From contig JAZLKX010000025.1 of the NCBI GenBank assembly GCA_045597865.1, positions 288,001-352,000 on the forward strand: DNA of 64,000 nt, in the 5' to 3' direction. Positions 19,567 through 29,789 of the stretch are shown here, piece by piece. The DNA comes from Bacilli bacterium (lineage in GTDB: Bacteria; Bacillota_I; Bacilli_A; RFN20; CAG-826). The first letter of the stretch is position 1. Each line of letters starts with the position of its first letter. The position numbers and the translations under genes were made by a program. The notes under the pieces were generated by a model, which had not been told where the DNA came from, made no database searches, and was given only the letters and a program-made list of their open reading frames with translations.

Positions 19567-20218
19567 AAGATTCAAATCTCCTTATTTCTTCATCAATTAA
19601 CTTAGAATCTTCAAAATGTTTTTTGCTTTTCATAAGATTTTTCTTAATTGTCAAAAGCTTAGAAATTGTTCGTTTTTTATAACCTTCAAATAAAGGATCT
19701 AAAAACAAATTATAGCCATATTCAATTTGTTCGGATGTATAATTTATCTTATTCTCATTTCTTATAAAAGAAATGATATTATAATAATGATTTCTCTCAA
19801 ACACTAATTTTTCGCATTCAATATTAAATCCGAAACCAATGATAGCTTCTCTTACTTTTGGAATAAATGAGTGAGCATCAACAATTATTTTTTTAACATT
19901 TTTTAATTTGTTTTTATTTCTTGAAATAATTTCAATAATTGTATCTCCGCCCATTCCAGCTAAAACGATTGTATCGTATTCAGAAGTGACTTGATTTAAA
20001 CCATCACTATGAGAAACATCAACATTTTTCAAACAACAAACTGCAGAACGTAAAGCAGACAATGGCCCCTCTTTATTTTCAACAGCTAAAATATGATAGT
20101 TCTCTAAATGAAGAACAAAGTATTGCTCTAAAAGACCATGATCGGCTCCAATATCTGCGATATATGAACCATCAGGTATCAAATCTCCAATTACTTGTAA
20201 TCGTTTTGGAATTTGCAT
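19553..20218 (-). CDS. trmK: tRNA (adenine22-N1)-methyltransferase
   Basis: ADIGADHG, GP, SDGL, AGMGG; after sigA. Confidence 0.9.
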   Translation of the reverse strand: MQIPKRLQVIGDLIPDGSYIADIGADHGLLEQYFVLHLENYHILAVENKEGPLSALRSAVCCLKNVDVSHSDGLNQVTSEYDTIVLAGMGGDTIIEIISRNKNKLKNVKKIIVDAHSFIPKVREAIIGFGFNIECEKLVFERNHYYNIISFIRNENKINYTSEQIEYGYNLFLDPLFEGYKKRTISKLLTIKKNLMKSKKHFEDSKLIDEEIRRFESYGQN

Positions 20219-21561
20219 TAGTTTTTAACTTCTCTATAGTCACCTAAACGAGAAACACGTTTACGTGATCTTAATTTTTTAATAGCTTTTGCTTCAATTT
20301 GACGAATACGTTCACGAGTAACACCAAATTCTTTACCAACTTCTTCAAGTGTTCTTGGGTGATTATCAAGTAATCCGTAACGGAGTTCAAGAACTCTAGC
20401 TTCACGATCTGTTAACTCTTTCATAACATCATAAAGTTCATCTTTAAGAAGTGATTTTGTAGTATATTCACTTGGTGATTCAACTTCCTTATCTTCAAGG
20501 AAATCGCCTAAGTGTGAATCATCCTCTTCACCAATAGGAGTCTCTAAAGAGACTGGTTCTTGGTTAATACGTTGAATTTCTCTAATACGAGCAGCACTTA
20601 AAGATCCTTCTAACTTATCGGAAATTTCTTCTGCAGTTGGATCTCTGCCTAACTCTTGGACAAGTTGACGTTGTGCTCTTGTAATTTTATTAATTGTTTC
20701 AACCATGTGAACTGGAATACGGATTGTACGAGCTTGGTCTGCGATTGCACGTGTGATTGCTTGTCTAATCCACCATGTTGCATAAGTTGAAAACTTAAAT
20801 CCTTTTGTATAATCGAATTTTTCAACAGCTTTAATTAAGCCCATGTTACCTTCTTGAATTAAATCAAGGAATGGCATGCCGCGGCCTGCATAACGTTTTG
20901 CAATAGAAATAACTAAACGTAAGTTTGCATTAATTAAATCTTGTTTTGCATCGTCATCGCCAGCAACAATACGCTTTGCTAGTTCAATTTCTTGTTGAGC
21001 ATTTAAAAGAGGAACTTTTCCGATTTCTTTAAGATAAATCTTAACAGAGTCATTAACTTTGACATCACCAACAACTAATTTGGAAATATCTTGAAGTTCT
21101 TTTTCATCAGGAACATCGCCCTCATCAAGATCCATAGCTGCTTCGTCTTCATCAAATTCTAGTTCTTCTAAACCTTCCTCATCAGAATCGGAAATAACAT
21201 TAATTTTATTGGATCTAAAAAATTCGATAAGACCAGCAACATCTTCATCAGATAAATCTAAAAATGAAACTGCTTCATCAATTTCGGCTTGTTCAATTTC
21301 GCCACCATCAGCTTTCGCTTTTTTAAGTAAGCGTTTCTTAATGGAGTCTAAAGACTCGACTGCTTCATCACCATCAATTTCATCAATATCATCTTTTGCT
21401 TTTGAAACTTTCTTTGTTGGTTTCTTTGCAGCTGGTTTTTCTTTCTTAGCGGCTGGTTTAACTGCTTTTGCTGCAGGTTTAGCGGCCTTTGCAACTTTTT
21501 TAGCAGCTGGTTTTGCTGCTTTTGGAGCCTTCTTTTCCTTCTTTTCTACTTCCTTAGCCAT
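20218..21561 (-). CDS. sigA: Primary sigma factor SigA with Lys/Ala/Pro-rich N-terminal tail
   Basis: [71 protein letters not shown]. Confidence 0.97.
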   Translation of the reverse strand: MAKEVEKKEKKAPKAAKPAAKKVAKAAKPAAKAVKPAAKKEKPAAKKPTKKVSKAKDDIDEIDGDEAVESLDSIKKRLLKKAKADGGEIEQAEIDEAVSFLDLSDEDVAGLIEFFRSNKINVISDSDEEGLEELEFDEDEAAMDLDEGDVPDEKELQDISKLVVGDVKVNDSVKIYLKEIGKVPLLNAQQEIELAKRIVAGDDDAKQDLINANLRLVISIAKRYAGRGMPFLDLIQEGNMGLIKAVEKFDYTKGFKFSTYATWWIRQAITRAIADQARTIRIPVHMVETINKITRAQRQLVQELGRDPTAEEISDKLEGSLSAARIREIQRINQEPVSLETPIGEEDDSHLGDFLEDKEVESPSEYTTKSLLKDELYDVMKELTDREARVLELRYGLLDNHPRTLEEVGKEFGVTRERIRQIEAKAIKKLRSRKRVSRLGDYREVKN

Positions 21562-21588
21562 TTAATCGTCCTCCTTCAATTTGACGTC

Positions 21589-23397
21589 TTAATTGTTCTT
21601 TTTCTTTGAAAGATAGTCCGCAATAATTTTTGCTCTTTCTTCAGGAGTTAATCCTTCAAGAGCATCGCTGACTTTCTTTTTCTCGTATAAACGAGTTCTT
21701 TCTTCATTTATTACTTTAGAGATCTCCTCTAAAGAATTTTTCGATAATTTAACTTTGCTTTCATTGCTTGTAATGGCACTAACAGTGGAAATAACCTTCT
21801 CTTTATTTTTAACTTCACTTAGTTCCATTTCAGTAATTAAAGAACTTGGATCAATTTCACCATTTGTTTTAACTTGTTCAATCAAGAAATTTGCAATCGA
21901 ACGATAAATTTCATCAGTGAAATATTTAATGTTTGTTTCATAAAAAGCAATTGCTTCTTTTGATTCAAACATCATGTCGAGCATTGTTCTTTCAGCAAGA
22001 GTTAGTCTTCTAACATCTTTTGAAACTGACTTTAAGTCAGTTGTAGAACCAAAATCAGCATTAACATTTAATACTGAATCATTATTGCTACCACGTTTTG
22101 ACATAAAGTCACGCAAATAATTGTTTATTGCGCCACTTGAGAATCCAGTTGCATCAGCGAGTTTGTAAATATAATCATCGCGAACGAGTTTTTCTCTTAT
22201 AGATGCAATCATTGGCATAAAGTGTTTAATTACTTTCTTCTTGTCATCAATTGTTCCTAATGGAGATGTGTTTTTGTAATAATTTAATGCGAATTGGAAT
22301 GGATCCACTAAGGTGTTTACAAATTTTTGAAGCGTTTCTTCACCATCTTGTTTTAAGATTTCATCAGGATCACGAATTTCTCCTGGAAGCGAAACTAAAC
22401 GATATGGAAGATGAGCCTCATCAAGTTGAGACATAAGTTTCATCATTGCTGTTTGTCCTGGTTTATCACCATCAAGACAAACTCTAACTTCAACTCCAAG
22501 TCTTCTAATTAATTCAATATGTTGTTTTGTAAGTTTTGTAGACATCAATGCTACACAAGATGTAATTCCAATGGAATCAAGTGCAAAAACATCCATAAAA
22601 CCTTCAACTACATAAATGTAGCCATCATGTTTTGCAGTTTGTTTTGCTTGCCAGTAATTATATAAAATATTACCTTTGGTAAAAATTACAGTTTCTGGCG
22701 AATTTACATACTTTGGTGCGTCAGGATCTTCTACAATTTTACGGGCTGAGAAACCACATACTTGACCATTTGCATCTTTGATTGGGAAGATTAATCTTCC
22801 TTGGTTGTTATCACACATTCCTGAGGTTTGTGCTAGAGCAATACCTGTGTTCTCAATATTCTTTAAAGAGAAGCCTTTTGCTTTCAAATATTCAATGGTC
22901 ATCTTTCCATCTTTTAAGGCATAGCCTAAACCAAATTTCTTTGCTTGTGCATCAGAAAGATGACGTTTTGCAAGATAATCTCTAGCGACTTGTCCTTCTT
23001 CTGTTGCTAAAGCATAGACGTAATATTTTTGAAGCTCATTAATGCAGTTATAAACTGGAATTAAATTTTCATCAACCTTTGGTTGATATGTTTGCTTGTG
23101 AAGTCTTGGGTCATCGAACCCAATAATGTCACAAACTTTTAAAATTGCATCGTTAAAACTGCATTTTTCATATTCTTTTACAAACTCAATTACATCACCG
23201 CCGGTTTGGCAAACGAAACAATGGAAAGTTTGTTTATCTTTGCTGATTTGCATTGATGGATCGTGGTCATCGTGAAAAGGACAAACAGCCACATAGCCTT
23301 TGCCTTTCTTTTGAACACTCGGAAGATAATATGAAATAACGTCGACTATGTCGGCACGTTGTTTTATTTCCTTAATTAAATCTGCATCAAATGCCAT
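21589..23397 (-). CDS. dnaG: DNA primase
   Basis: CPFHDD...FHCFVC zinc finger, KYVNSPET, VEGFMD, DGDKPG, DPDE. Confidence 0.96.
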   Translation of the reverse strand: MAFDADLIKEIKQRADIVDVISYYLPSVQKKGKGYVAVCPFHDDHDPSMQISKDKQTFHCFVCQTGGDVIEFVKEYEKCSFNDAILKVCDIIGFDDPRLHKQTYQPKVDENLIPVYNCINELQKYYVYALATEEGQVARDYLAKRHLSDAQAKKFGLGYALKDGKMTIEYLKAKGFSLKNIENTGIALAQTSGMCDNNQGRLIFPIKDANGQVCGFSARKIVEDPDAPKYVNSPETVIFTKGNILYNYWQAKQTAKHDGYIYVVEGFMDVFALDSIGITSCVALMSTKLTKQHIELIRRLGVEVRVCLDGDKPGQTAMMKLMSQLDEAHLPYRLVSLPGEIRDPDEILKQDGEETLQKFVNTLVDPFQFALNYYKNTSPLGTIDDKKKVIKHFMPMIASIREKLVRDDYIYKLADATGFSSGAINNYLRDFMSKRGSNNDSVLNVNADFGSTTDLKSVSKDVRRLTLAERTMLDMMFESKEAIAFYETNIKYFTDEIYRSIANFLIEQVKTNGEIDPSSLITEMELSEVKNKEKVISTVSAITSNESKVKLSKNSLEEISKVINEERTRLYEKKKVSDALEGLTPEERAKIIADYLSKKKNN

Positions 23398-23406
23398 ATA
23401 ACAAAG

Positions 23407-24777
23407 TTATTCCTCTAATTGTTTTTCTAAGTAAGCACGAACTTCACTAATTGGAAGTCTGATTTGTTCCATTGTGTCTCTATTACGAATTGTGACGCTC
23501 TTATCATTTGGAGTATCAAAGTCAACTGTAATACAAAATGGAGTTCCGATAGCGTCTTGTCTACGATATCTCTTACCAATTGAGGCAGTTTCATCATAGG
23601 AAACACTAAAGTGTTTTGCTAAATCGAGTTGTAATTCTCTTGCGAATTCTCTTTGCTCTTTAGAGAGTGGTAAAACTGTTGCTAAATATGGAGCAAGTTT
23701 TGGAGCAAAATGCATTACAATTCTGCTATCGTTTTCTAATTGTTCAACATCGTATGCTTCGCATGCAACCATTAGGAAGATACGATCAACACCCATAGAT
23801 GGTTCGATACAATATGGGATGTATTTTTCGTTTGTCTCTGGATCAAGGTATTCAAGTGATTGCTTTGAAGCATCCATATGACGTTTAAGGTCATAGTCAG
23901 TTCTATCAGCAACACCTAAAATTTCACCCCATCCAATTCCTGGGAATAAGTACTCAACGTCACATGTTCCTTTGGAATAGAATGCTAATTCTTCTGGTTC
24001 GTGGTCTCTATAACGTAAATTCTTTTCACCAATTCCGAGTGATTCAAGGAATTTTAAGCTATAATCTTTCCAGTATTTGAACCATTCAAGGTCTGTTCCT
24101 GGTTTACAGAAGAATTCACATTCCATTTGTTCGAATTCACGAACACGGAAGATAAAGTTACCTGGTGTAATTTCATTACGGAAGGATTTTCCGATAGCGC
24201 AAATACCAAATGGTATTTTCTTTCTGCTTGAACGCTGAACGTTCTTAAAGTTAACGAACATACCTTGGGCTGTTTCTGGACGTAAGTAAACTAAAGATTC
24301 ACTTGCTTCAGTAACACCAATGTGTGTTCTAAACATCATGTTAAATTGTCTAATGTCTGTGAAATCTGATTTACCACAAACTGGACATTTAACTTTGTTA
24401 TCTCTGATAAATTCCATCATTTGTTCTTGGGTCATACCATGAACATCAACATCTGGGAATTGTTCTTCAATTAAATTGTCAGCTCTATGTCTTGCGTGAC
24501 ATGACTTGCAGTCAATTAATGGATCTGAGAAAGTTGCAACGTGTCCTGTTGCTTTCCAAACTCCTGGATTCATTAAAATAGCAGCATCAATACCAACATT
24601 TGTTGGAGATTCTTGAACGAATTTCTTCCAATAAGCTTTCTTAATGTTGTTTTTCAATTCAACACCTAATGGACCGTAGTCCCATGAGTTAGATAGTCCA
24701 CCATAGATTTCTGAATCTGGGTAAACAAATCCACTTGTGATTAAGTGATTCACTATTTCATCAAATTTCTTTTCCAT
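23407..24777 (-). CDS. glyQS: Glycine--tRNA ligase (homodimeric type)
   Basis: EIYGG, DYGPLG, LRPETAQG, FRNEITP, REFEQME, IEPSMGVDR, IGKRYRRQD. Confidence 0.95.
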   Translation of the reverse strand: MEKKFDEIVNHLITSGFVYPDSEIYGGLSNSWDYGPLGVELKNNIKKAYWKKFVQESPTNVGIDAAILMNPGVWKATGHVATFSDPLIDCKSCHARHRADNLIEEQFPDVDVHGMTQEQMMEFIRDNKVKCPVCGKSDFTDIRQFNMMFRTHIGVTEASESLVYLRPETAQGMFVNFKNVQRSSRKKIPFGICAIGKSFRNEITPGNFIFRVREFEQMECEFFCKPGTDLEWFKYWKDYSLKFLESLGIGEKNLRYRDHEPEELAFYSKGTCDVEYLFPGIGWGEILGVADRTDYDLKRHMDASKQSLEYLDPETNEKYIPYCIEPSMGVDRIFLMVACEAYDVEQLENDSRIVMHFAPKLAPYLATVLPLSKEQREFARELQLDLAKHFSVSYDETASIGKRYRRQDAIGTPFCITVDFDTPNDKSVTIRNRDTMEQIRLPISEVRAYLEKQLEE

Positions 24778-24859
24778 ATATTATGAACCTCATTTAAAAA
24801 TGATAGCGATAAATATCTACCTTTTCAACTAAATTGTCAACCTATTTTAAGTGTACTTC

Positions 24860-25576
24860 TTAAATTTGGCTTAACAAAGTTAAAGATTTAAATCTAATTT
24901 GAGATGTCCAATCAAGGAAATCAGCTAATTCGAAAATTATATTTTTTATTTCTTCTTTACCAAAGGTAACTCTTGTAAAATTATCTAAATCTACTTTAAA
25001 GATATAACGCATTATTTTAAGCTTTCTGACATCAGTTTTTGTGTGTTTAGATTCATCAAAACAATTTTCACAAATAAATCCGCCGTCTTTATAAGAAAGC
25101 GATATTATTGATGAAGTTTTTCCACAAACGGCACATTTATCAACGTTTAAACCATAACCCGCAACAACCAAAACATGAGCAAAATAGATTGCGAGAGCTG
25201 TCCAAGCATCAAAACCGCCATTCAAACTTTCAAGAGTTTTGCTTAAATAATCATAAATATTTTCAGCGTCATTTGATTCAAGCAAAGTATTAGTTAATTC
25301 TGACACAAAATCTAGAATTGCAAGTTTTTCTAAATCGCCACTAATATTTGGAAATGAGTCAATAACTTCACCCACTCTAAGCCAGTCTCCTTCTTTGCCA
25401 TGAAAGACCTGTAATCTAGACTTTGTGAATAAATTCACACTTGGAGCATTTTTGGAGGTCATTTTTAAAACACCTTTTGCCAAAAACGAACGTATTCCGT
25501 CTTTAGTTAAAACAGTTATCATTGCTGCACCTTCTTTAAAAGTTGTGCGTTTAATAACTATGCCTTCAAATTCCAT
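24860..25576 (-). CDS. recO: DNA repair protein RecO
   Basis: GIVI..., AKG, CAVCG...GGFICENC zinc finger; follows era. Confidence 0.9.
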   Translation of the reverse strand: MEFEGIVIKRTTFKEGAAMITVLTKDGIRSFLAKGVLKMTSKNAPSVNLFTKSRLQVFHGKEGDWLRVGEVIDSFPNISGDLEKLAILDFVSELTNTLLESNDAENIYDYLSKTLESLNGGFDAWTALAIYFAHVLVVAGYGLNVDKCAVCGKTSSIISLSYKDGGFICENCFDESKHTKTDVRKLKIMRYIFKVDLDNFTRVTFGKEEIKNIIFELADFLDWTSQIRFKSLTLLSQI

Positions 25577-26448
25577 TATTTGTAGCCTAATTCTTTTAAA
25601 ATTCTTGGATTATTCAACCAGTCTTCTTTAACTGAGACAAATAACTCAAGGAAAATTCTCTTATTATAGTATTCTTCAAGATCGGTTCTAGCTTTCATGC
25701 CGATAGCTTTAATGCGTTTTCCGCCTTTGCCAATAACAATGCCTTTGTGTGATTCTTTATCTACGATAATAGTAGCGCGAATATAAACTGCTTCGCTCTT
25801 TGATTTTATTTCATCAACACGAACTGCTAAATCGTGAGGCACTTCGTCCTTTAGAAGCTTTAATAACTTCTCGCGAATTACTTCGCTAATCATAAAGTTA
25901 GAATCTTTATCTGTAACTTGGTCTTCGGCAAAGTATCTTGGGCCTTCTTGAATGACTTCCTTAACTTTGTTAAGAAGAGTATCAATACCAAAGTTTTCAA
26001 TTGCTGATGCTTCAATAAGTTCAGCGTGAGGATAAGCTTCTTGATACTTAGCTTTAATTGCTTGCACTTCATTAATTCTCTTCAAGTCAATTTTATTGAT
26101 GACAATGAATAAAGGAATGTTTTTAGGAAGAGATTCATTAATGAATTCATCTCCAGCATCAAATTTTCTAGAGGCATCCACCACTAAAATATTTGCATCA
26201 ACATCTTTTGCACTATCAAGAGCTTCTTTATTCATAAAGTTGCCAAGTTCATGGTTTGCTTTATGAATTCCTGGAGTATCAATAAAGATAATTTGATATT
26301 CTCCATCATCGTAAATTCCTTTAATGGAATTACGTGTTGTTTGAGCCTTTTCAGTGACAATTGAAAGCTTACGCTCTAAAAGAGCGTTAATAATTGTAGA
26401 CTTACCTGCATTTGGTCTACCAACAATTGACACGAATCCGCTTTTCAT
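25576..26448 (-). CDS. era: GTPase Era
   Basis: GRPNAGKS, QTTR, DTPG, NKID, IREK, VIGKGG KH domain. Confidence 0.97.
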   Translation of the reverse strand: MKSGFVSIVGRPNAGKSTIINALLERKLSIVTEKAQTTRNSIKGIYDDGEYQIIFIDTPGIHKANHELGNFMNKEALDSAKDVDANILVVDASRKFDAGDEFINESLPKNIPLFIVINKIDLKRINEVQAIKAKYQEAYPHAELIEASAIENFGIDTLLNKVKEVIQEGPRYFAEDQVTDKDSNFMISEVIREKLLKLLKDEVPHDLAVRVDEIKSKSEAVYIRATIIVDKESHKGIVIGKGGKRIKAIGMKARTDLEEYYNKRIFLELFVSVKEDWLNNPRILKELGYK

Positions 26449-26849
26449 TATTTTAAATCGTCTGCTGAGAATGCAAATGGAAGAAGCTCAACAATGTTGG
26501 TTTCTTGAACTGCACCCTTTAAGTTTGCCATGTAAATAGGAGCATCTTTTGGGAAAAGTTCACTAATGACTTGTCTGCAAGCTCCGCATGGTGAACACGG
26601 TTCATCTGTATCAGCAATTAATGCTAATGCCACCATATCTTCTTTCTTAACGCCATTCATTTTTGCATTATAAAGTGCATTTCTTTCAGCACACATGCAA
26701 AGTGGGTATGAAGAATTTTCGACATTTGCGCCAAGATAAACTTTTCCGTCTTTACATAGTAAAGCTGCACCAACTGCAAAGTGTGAGTATGGTGAGTAAG
26801 AAAGTTTTCTAGCTTCTTTTGCTTTTTCAATAAGTTCTTCTGGTTTCAT
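26448..26849 (-). CDS. cdd: Cytidine deaminase
   Basis: YSPYSHF.VGAA, NVEN, CAER, PCGACRQ. Confidence 0.96.
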   Translation of the reverse strand: MKPEELIEKAKEARKLSYSPYSHFAVGAALLCKDGKVYLGANVENSSYPLCMCAERNALYNAKMNGVKKEDMVALALIADTDEPCSPCGACRQVISELFPKDAPIYMANLKGAVQETNIVELLPFAFSADDLK

Positions 26850-27295
26850 TATTTGAGTCCTCCCAAAATTTCATCCTGTAATTTAAACATTACAATTTCA
26901 TCTTCTTTTTTCATGTGATCATAACCGAGTAAATGAAGCATGCCGTGTGTAAATAAGAACGACATTTCTCTTAAAAGAGAATGCCCATATTCTTTTGCTT
27001 GCTCCTCGGCTTTTTCAAACGAAATGATGATTTCACCCAAAGAAATTGGTCCGCCTTTAAGCTTTTTCTCTGATTCTTCATCTTGGAAAGCAAAGCTTAT
27101 GACGTCAGTTGGTCGATCTACAAATCGATAATATTTGTTGATTACATGAATATCTGCATTGTTCATAATTGTAACATCAGTCATGTATTCGCCTTTTAGA
27201 CCAAGATGCTTAAAGATTTTAACGTACAATTCGTTAAATACTTTCTCGTAAGAATCAAATTCTTTTGGTCCGTGATTTGTAAATTCCAATACCAT
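26849..27295 (-). CDS. ybeY: rRNA maturation RNase YbeY
   Basis: PTDVISF, LGEIIIS, HGMLHLLGYDH. Confidence 0.96.
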   Translation of the reverse strand: MVLEFTNHGPKEFDSYEKVFNELYVKIFKHLGLKGEYMTDVTIMNNADIHVINKYYRFVDRPTDVISFAFQDEESEKKLKGGPISLGEIIISFEKAEEQAKEYGHSLLREMSFLFTHGMLHLLGYDHMKKEDEIVMFKLQDEILGGLK

Positions 27296-27338
27296 AATTC
27301 TTGGGAAAGTATTATAACATACTTTATTGTTAATTCAT

Positions 27339-28511
27339 CTATAAATTACATTTATCAAAGAAGACGCACTCGGATTTATACATTTCTTTCCTGTTGGAAA
27401 GACCCTCAATTAATTGTGAATAAGAACTGAAACCAACGTAATAGAGTCCGAAGTGGAATATTACGTAATTACAGCCGCTTGCGCCAGTTAAAAACATCAT
27501 CGTTAAAGCAAACGCAAATGCAAGTACAATATAAACAATTTGTTTTAACTTATTTGTAATTGCTGTTTCATTTGCAAGGCTATTTGCTTTATAAGCATAA
27601 TCAGCGCACATCTCTTTAGTTTCAAAACATTTTTCTTCGTATCTACCAATTTTATAACGTTTATCCTCAAACGATTTTGAAAATAAAGTCATTTCTAATA
27701 TTTTGACAAGAACTAGAGCAATTAAAGCAAACACATTTCTAAAATCATTTAAGCAAAGCAAAAATGTAATCATAAAAGCAACTAAAACTGAGCTTAATAA
27801 ACTACGAGAAGTTGAGAAATAATTTTGCTTAAAACCGATGTATTCCAAATAGCTTAATTTTGTTTGATTTGAACGCCTTGAAAAATATGGGTCAATATAT
27901 TCATTATCAAAGAAATTTATTTCTTTGTTAATTATAATATTCTCTATAATTTGAGTGCCCATAAATAAGAACAAAAATAGCAACGAAAAAATGGCATTTT
28001 CTTGATTGTTTAGTAAGTAAAAAGTTGCTATTAAAATTGCAGAAGAAAACACGGAAGTAATGGTTTCTAATACTTTTAGTTTTGTAGGCAAAATTGAACG
28101 ACGAATTTTGCTAATTTCACCCATGCAATCAGTTGAATCTACTTCTATTATGATTCTTGTCCAAATCGCGAAAAATTCATCTTTCTTTAATTTAGTTACT
28201 CCAAATTCTGGATCAAGAAAAACAATTCTTTTCTTAGTAACTTTCTTAATCATTACGACGTGATTCCCACGTATTAGTGTTAAAGATGGTGTTTTTAGTT
28301 GATCATAATAATCATCTTCACAACTGTAGGACGATAGTTTCAATCCATGCAAAGCAGCTTCTTTACAAATATCATCTACTGTAAAAGCTCCTTTTCTTTT
28401 AATCTTCTTTACATATAAATAGGATTTGTCCTTACTTAGATGCGCCATCAACATCTTTAAACTGGTAAAGCCACAATCATGGTCATTACCTTGGAAAATA
28501 AAATATTTCAT
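27339..28511 (-). CDS. C39 peptidase domain plus ~6-TM ABC-membrane-like domain, no ATPase domain
   Basis: Q....DCG..SL.M catalytic Cys, H-V-V and DP (His/Asp), then six hydrophobic segments; no Walker A or LSGGQ; strong SD AGGAGG. Confidence 0.75.
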   Translation of the reverse strand: MKYFIFQGNDHDCGFTSLKMLMAHLSKDKSYLYVKKIKRKGAFTVDDICKEAALHGLKLSSYSCEDDYYDQLKTPSLTLIRGNHVVMIKKVTKKRIVFLDPEFGVTKLKKDEFFAIWTRIIIEVDSTDCMGEISKIRRSILPTKLKVLETITSVFSSAILIATFYLLNNQENAIFSLLFLFLFMGTQIIENIIINKEINFFDNEYIDPYFSRRSNQTKLSYLEYIGFKQNYFSTSRSLLSSVLVAFMITFLLCLNDFRNVFALIALVLVKILEMTLFSKSFEDKRYKIGRYEEKCFETKEMCADYAYKANSLANETAITNKLKQIVYIVLAFAFALTMMFLTGASGCNYVIFHFGLYYVGFSSYSQLIEGLSNRKEMYKSECVFFDKCNL

Positions 28512-28532
28512 TAAAAAATCCTCCTAATTATA

Positions 28533-28563
28533 ATTTCCGGAGAATTTTACAAAAGTGATAAAA
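28533..28563 (-). promoter_or_regulatory. Promoter-like motif shared with comEA upstream region
   Basis: TTTTATCacttttgtAAAATTCtCcGgAAAT; 23/31 ungapped identity to 49569-49599; ends 7 nt before SD. Confidence 0.65.
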
Positions 28564-28571
28564 AATTTAAA

Positions 28572-28593
28572 AAAGAACCCATAAGGGTTCTTT
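28572..28593. terminator. Intrinsic terminator after rpsU
   Basis: AAAGAACCC-ataa-GGGTTCTTT flanked by A/T runs. Confidence 0.75.
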
Positions 28594-28606
28594 ATTTTTT
28601 TGCTAA

Positions 28607-28780
28607 TTAATAAGCTTTACGACGAGCCATCTCAGATTTGATTTTTCTCTTTAAACCTTTTTTGAGATAGAATTCTCTTTTACGTGCTTCAAGAAGAACG
28701 CCTGATTTGTTGACTTGTCTTTTAAAGCGACGAAGAGCTTCGTCTAATTGTTCATTTTCGCGAACGACAATTTTTGGCAT
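28607..28780 (-). CDS. rpsU: 30S ribosomal protein S21; not in ORF track
   Basis: Manual translation [57 protein letters not shown]. Confidence 0.95.
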   Translation of the reverse strand: MPKIVVRENEQLDEALRRFKRQVNKSGVLLEARKREFYLKKGLKRKIKSEMARRKAY

Positions 28781-28820
28781 ATTTTTTCACTTCCTTTCGT
28801 ACGTAACGGCAGTAAATATA

Positions 28821-29465
28821 TTACTCGCCTTTAACAATTGCAACCCCGCATGATGCGCCAATACGGCTAGCACCTGCGTCAATCATGGCTTGAGCTTCTT
28901 CCTTGGAATGAATTCCACCTGAAGCTTTTACACCAATTTCTGGGCCAACAGCTTTTCTCATTAATTCAACTGCGTGTGTAGTTGCTCCACCTTTTGAGAA
29001 TCCAGTGGATGTTTTAACATAGTCAGCACCACCACGAACGCATGCTTTTGAGCATTCGACGATTTCATCGTCAGTTAATAAACATGTTTCAAGAATTACT
29101 TTGAGTAAAACTTTCTTACAAGCTTTCTTAACAAGTCTAACTTCTTTTTCAATGTAATCATAGTTGTGCTCTTTAGCCATAGAGTCATTTAAGACCATAT
29201 CAACTTCTGTTGCACCAGCTTTGATTGCAAGTTTTGCTTCGTAAGCTTTGCTTTCTGGTAATGTAGCACCTAATGGGAAACCAACGACTGTACAGACTTT
29301 TACATCGCTGCCTTTAAGTTCTTTTGCAGCAACTGGAACAAAGCCTGGGTTAACGCATACGGATGCAAAATGAAATTCTTTTGCTTCTTCACATAATTTT
29401 ACAATAGCTTCTGTTGAAGCGTCTTGTTTGAGAAGAGTGTGATCAATCATCTTTGCGATTTCCAT
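28821..29465 (-). CDS. deoC: Deoxyribose-phosphate aldolase
   Basis: [42 protein letters not shown]. Confidence 0.97.
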   Translation of the reverse strand: MEIAKMIDHTLLKQDASTEAIVKLCEEAKEFHFASVCVNPGFVPVAAKELKGSDVKVCTVVGFPLGATLPESKAYEAKLAIKAGATEVDMVLNDSMAKEHNYDYIEKEVRLVKKACKKVLLKVILETCLLTDDEIVECSKACVRGGADYVKTSTGFSKGGATTHAVELMRKAVGPEIGVKASGGIHSKEEAQAMIDAGASRIGASCGVAIVKGE

Positions 29466-29492
29466 AAGTTTCTCCTTTAATTAAATAGAAAA

Positions 29493-29687
29493 CTATTTAT
29501 CTTCCTTATCTGCTTTTTTTGCAACGACATTTTTGCCATTGTAATAACCGCATTTTGGACAAACGTTGTGTGATTTAATCATTGCACCACAGTTTGGGCA
29601 TTTGACTAATCCTTTAACAGCTAATTTGAAGTGTGTTCTTCTTAATCTTTTTGCTGTTTTTGATGTTCTTCTTTGTGGGACTGCCAT
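29493..29687 (-). CDS. rpmF: 50S ribosomal protein L32
   Basis: [10 protein letters not shown]...CPNCG...[10 protein letters not shown]; SD AAGGAGG; start moved to 29687. Confidence 0.96.
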   Translation of the reverse strand: MAVPQRRTSKTAKRLRRTHFKLAVKGLVKCPNCGAMIKSHNVCPKCGYYNGKNVVAKKADKEDK

Positions 29688-29789
29688 AGAGATTTCCTCC
29701 TTGTTTAACGACAAAGATTATACGTTAATAAATATATTAATCAATAAATTTTCATACTATGTACAAAAATTAATTAAATTGTTTCGATT

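Noticed and set aside
21209-21565. 118-aa hydrophobic-looking + strand ORF
   Set aside because: Antisense shadow of the Lys/Ala repeats in sigA.
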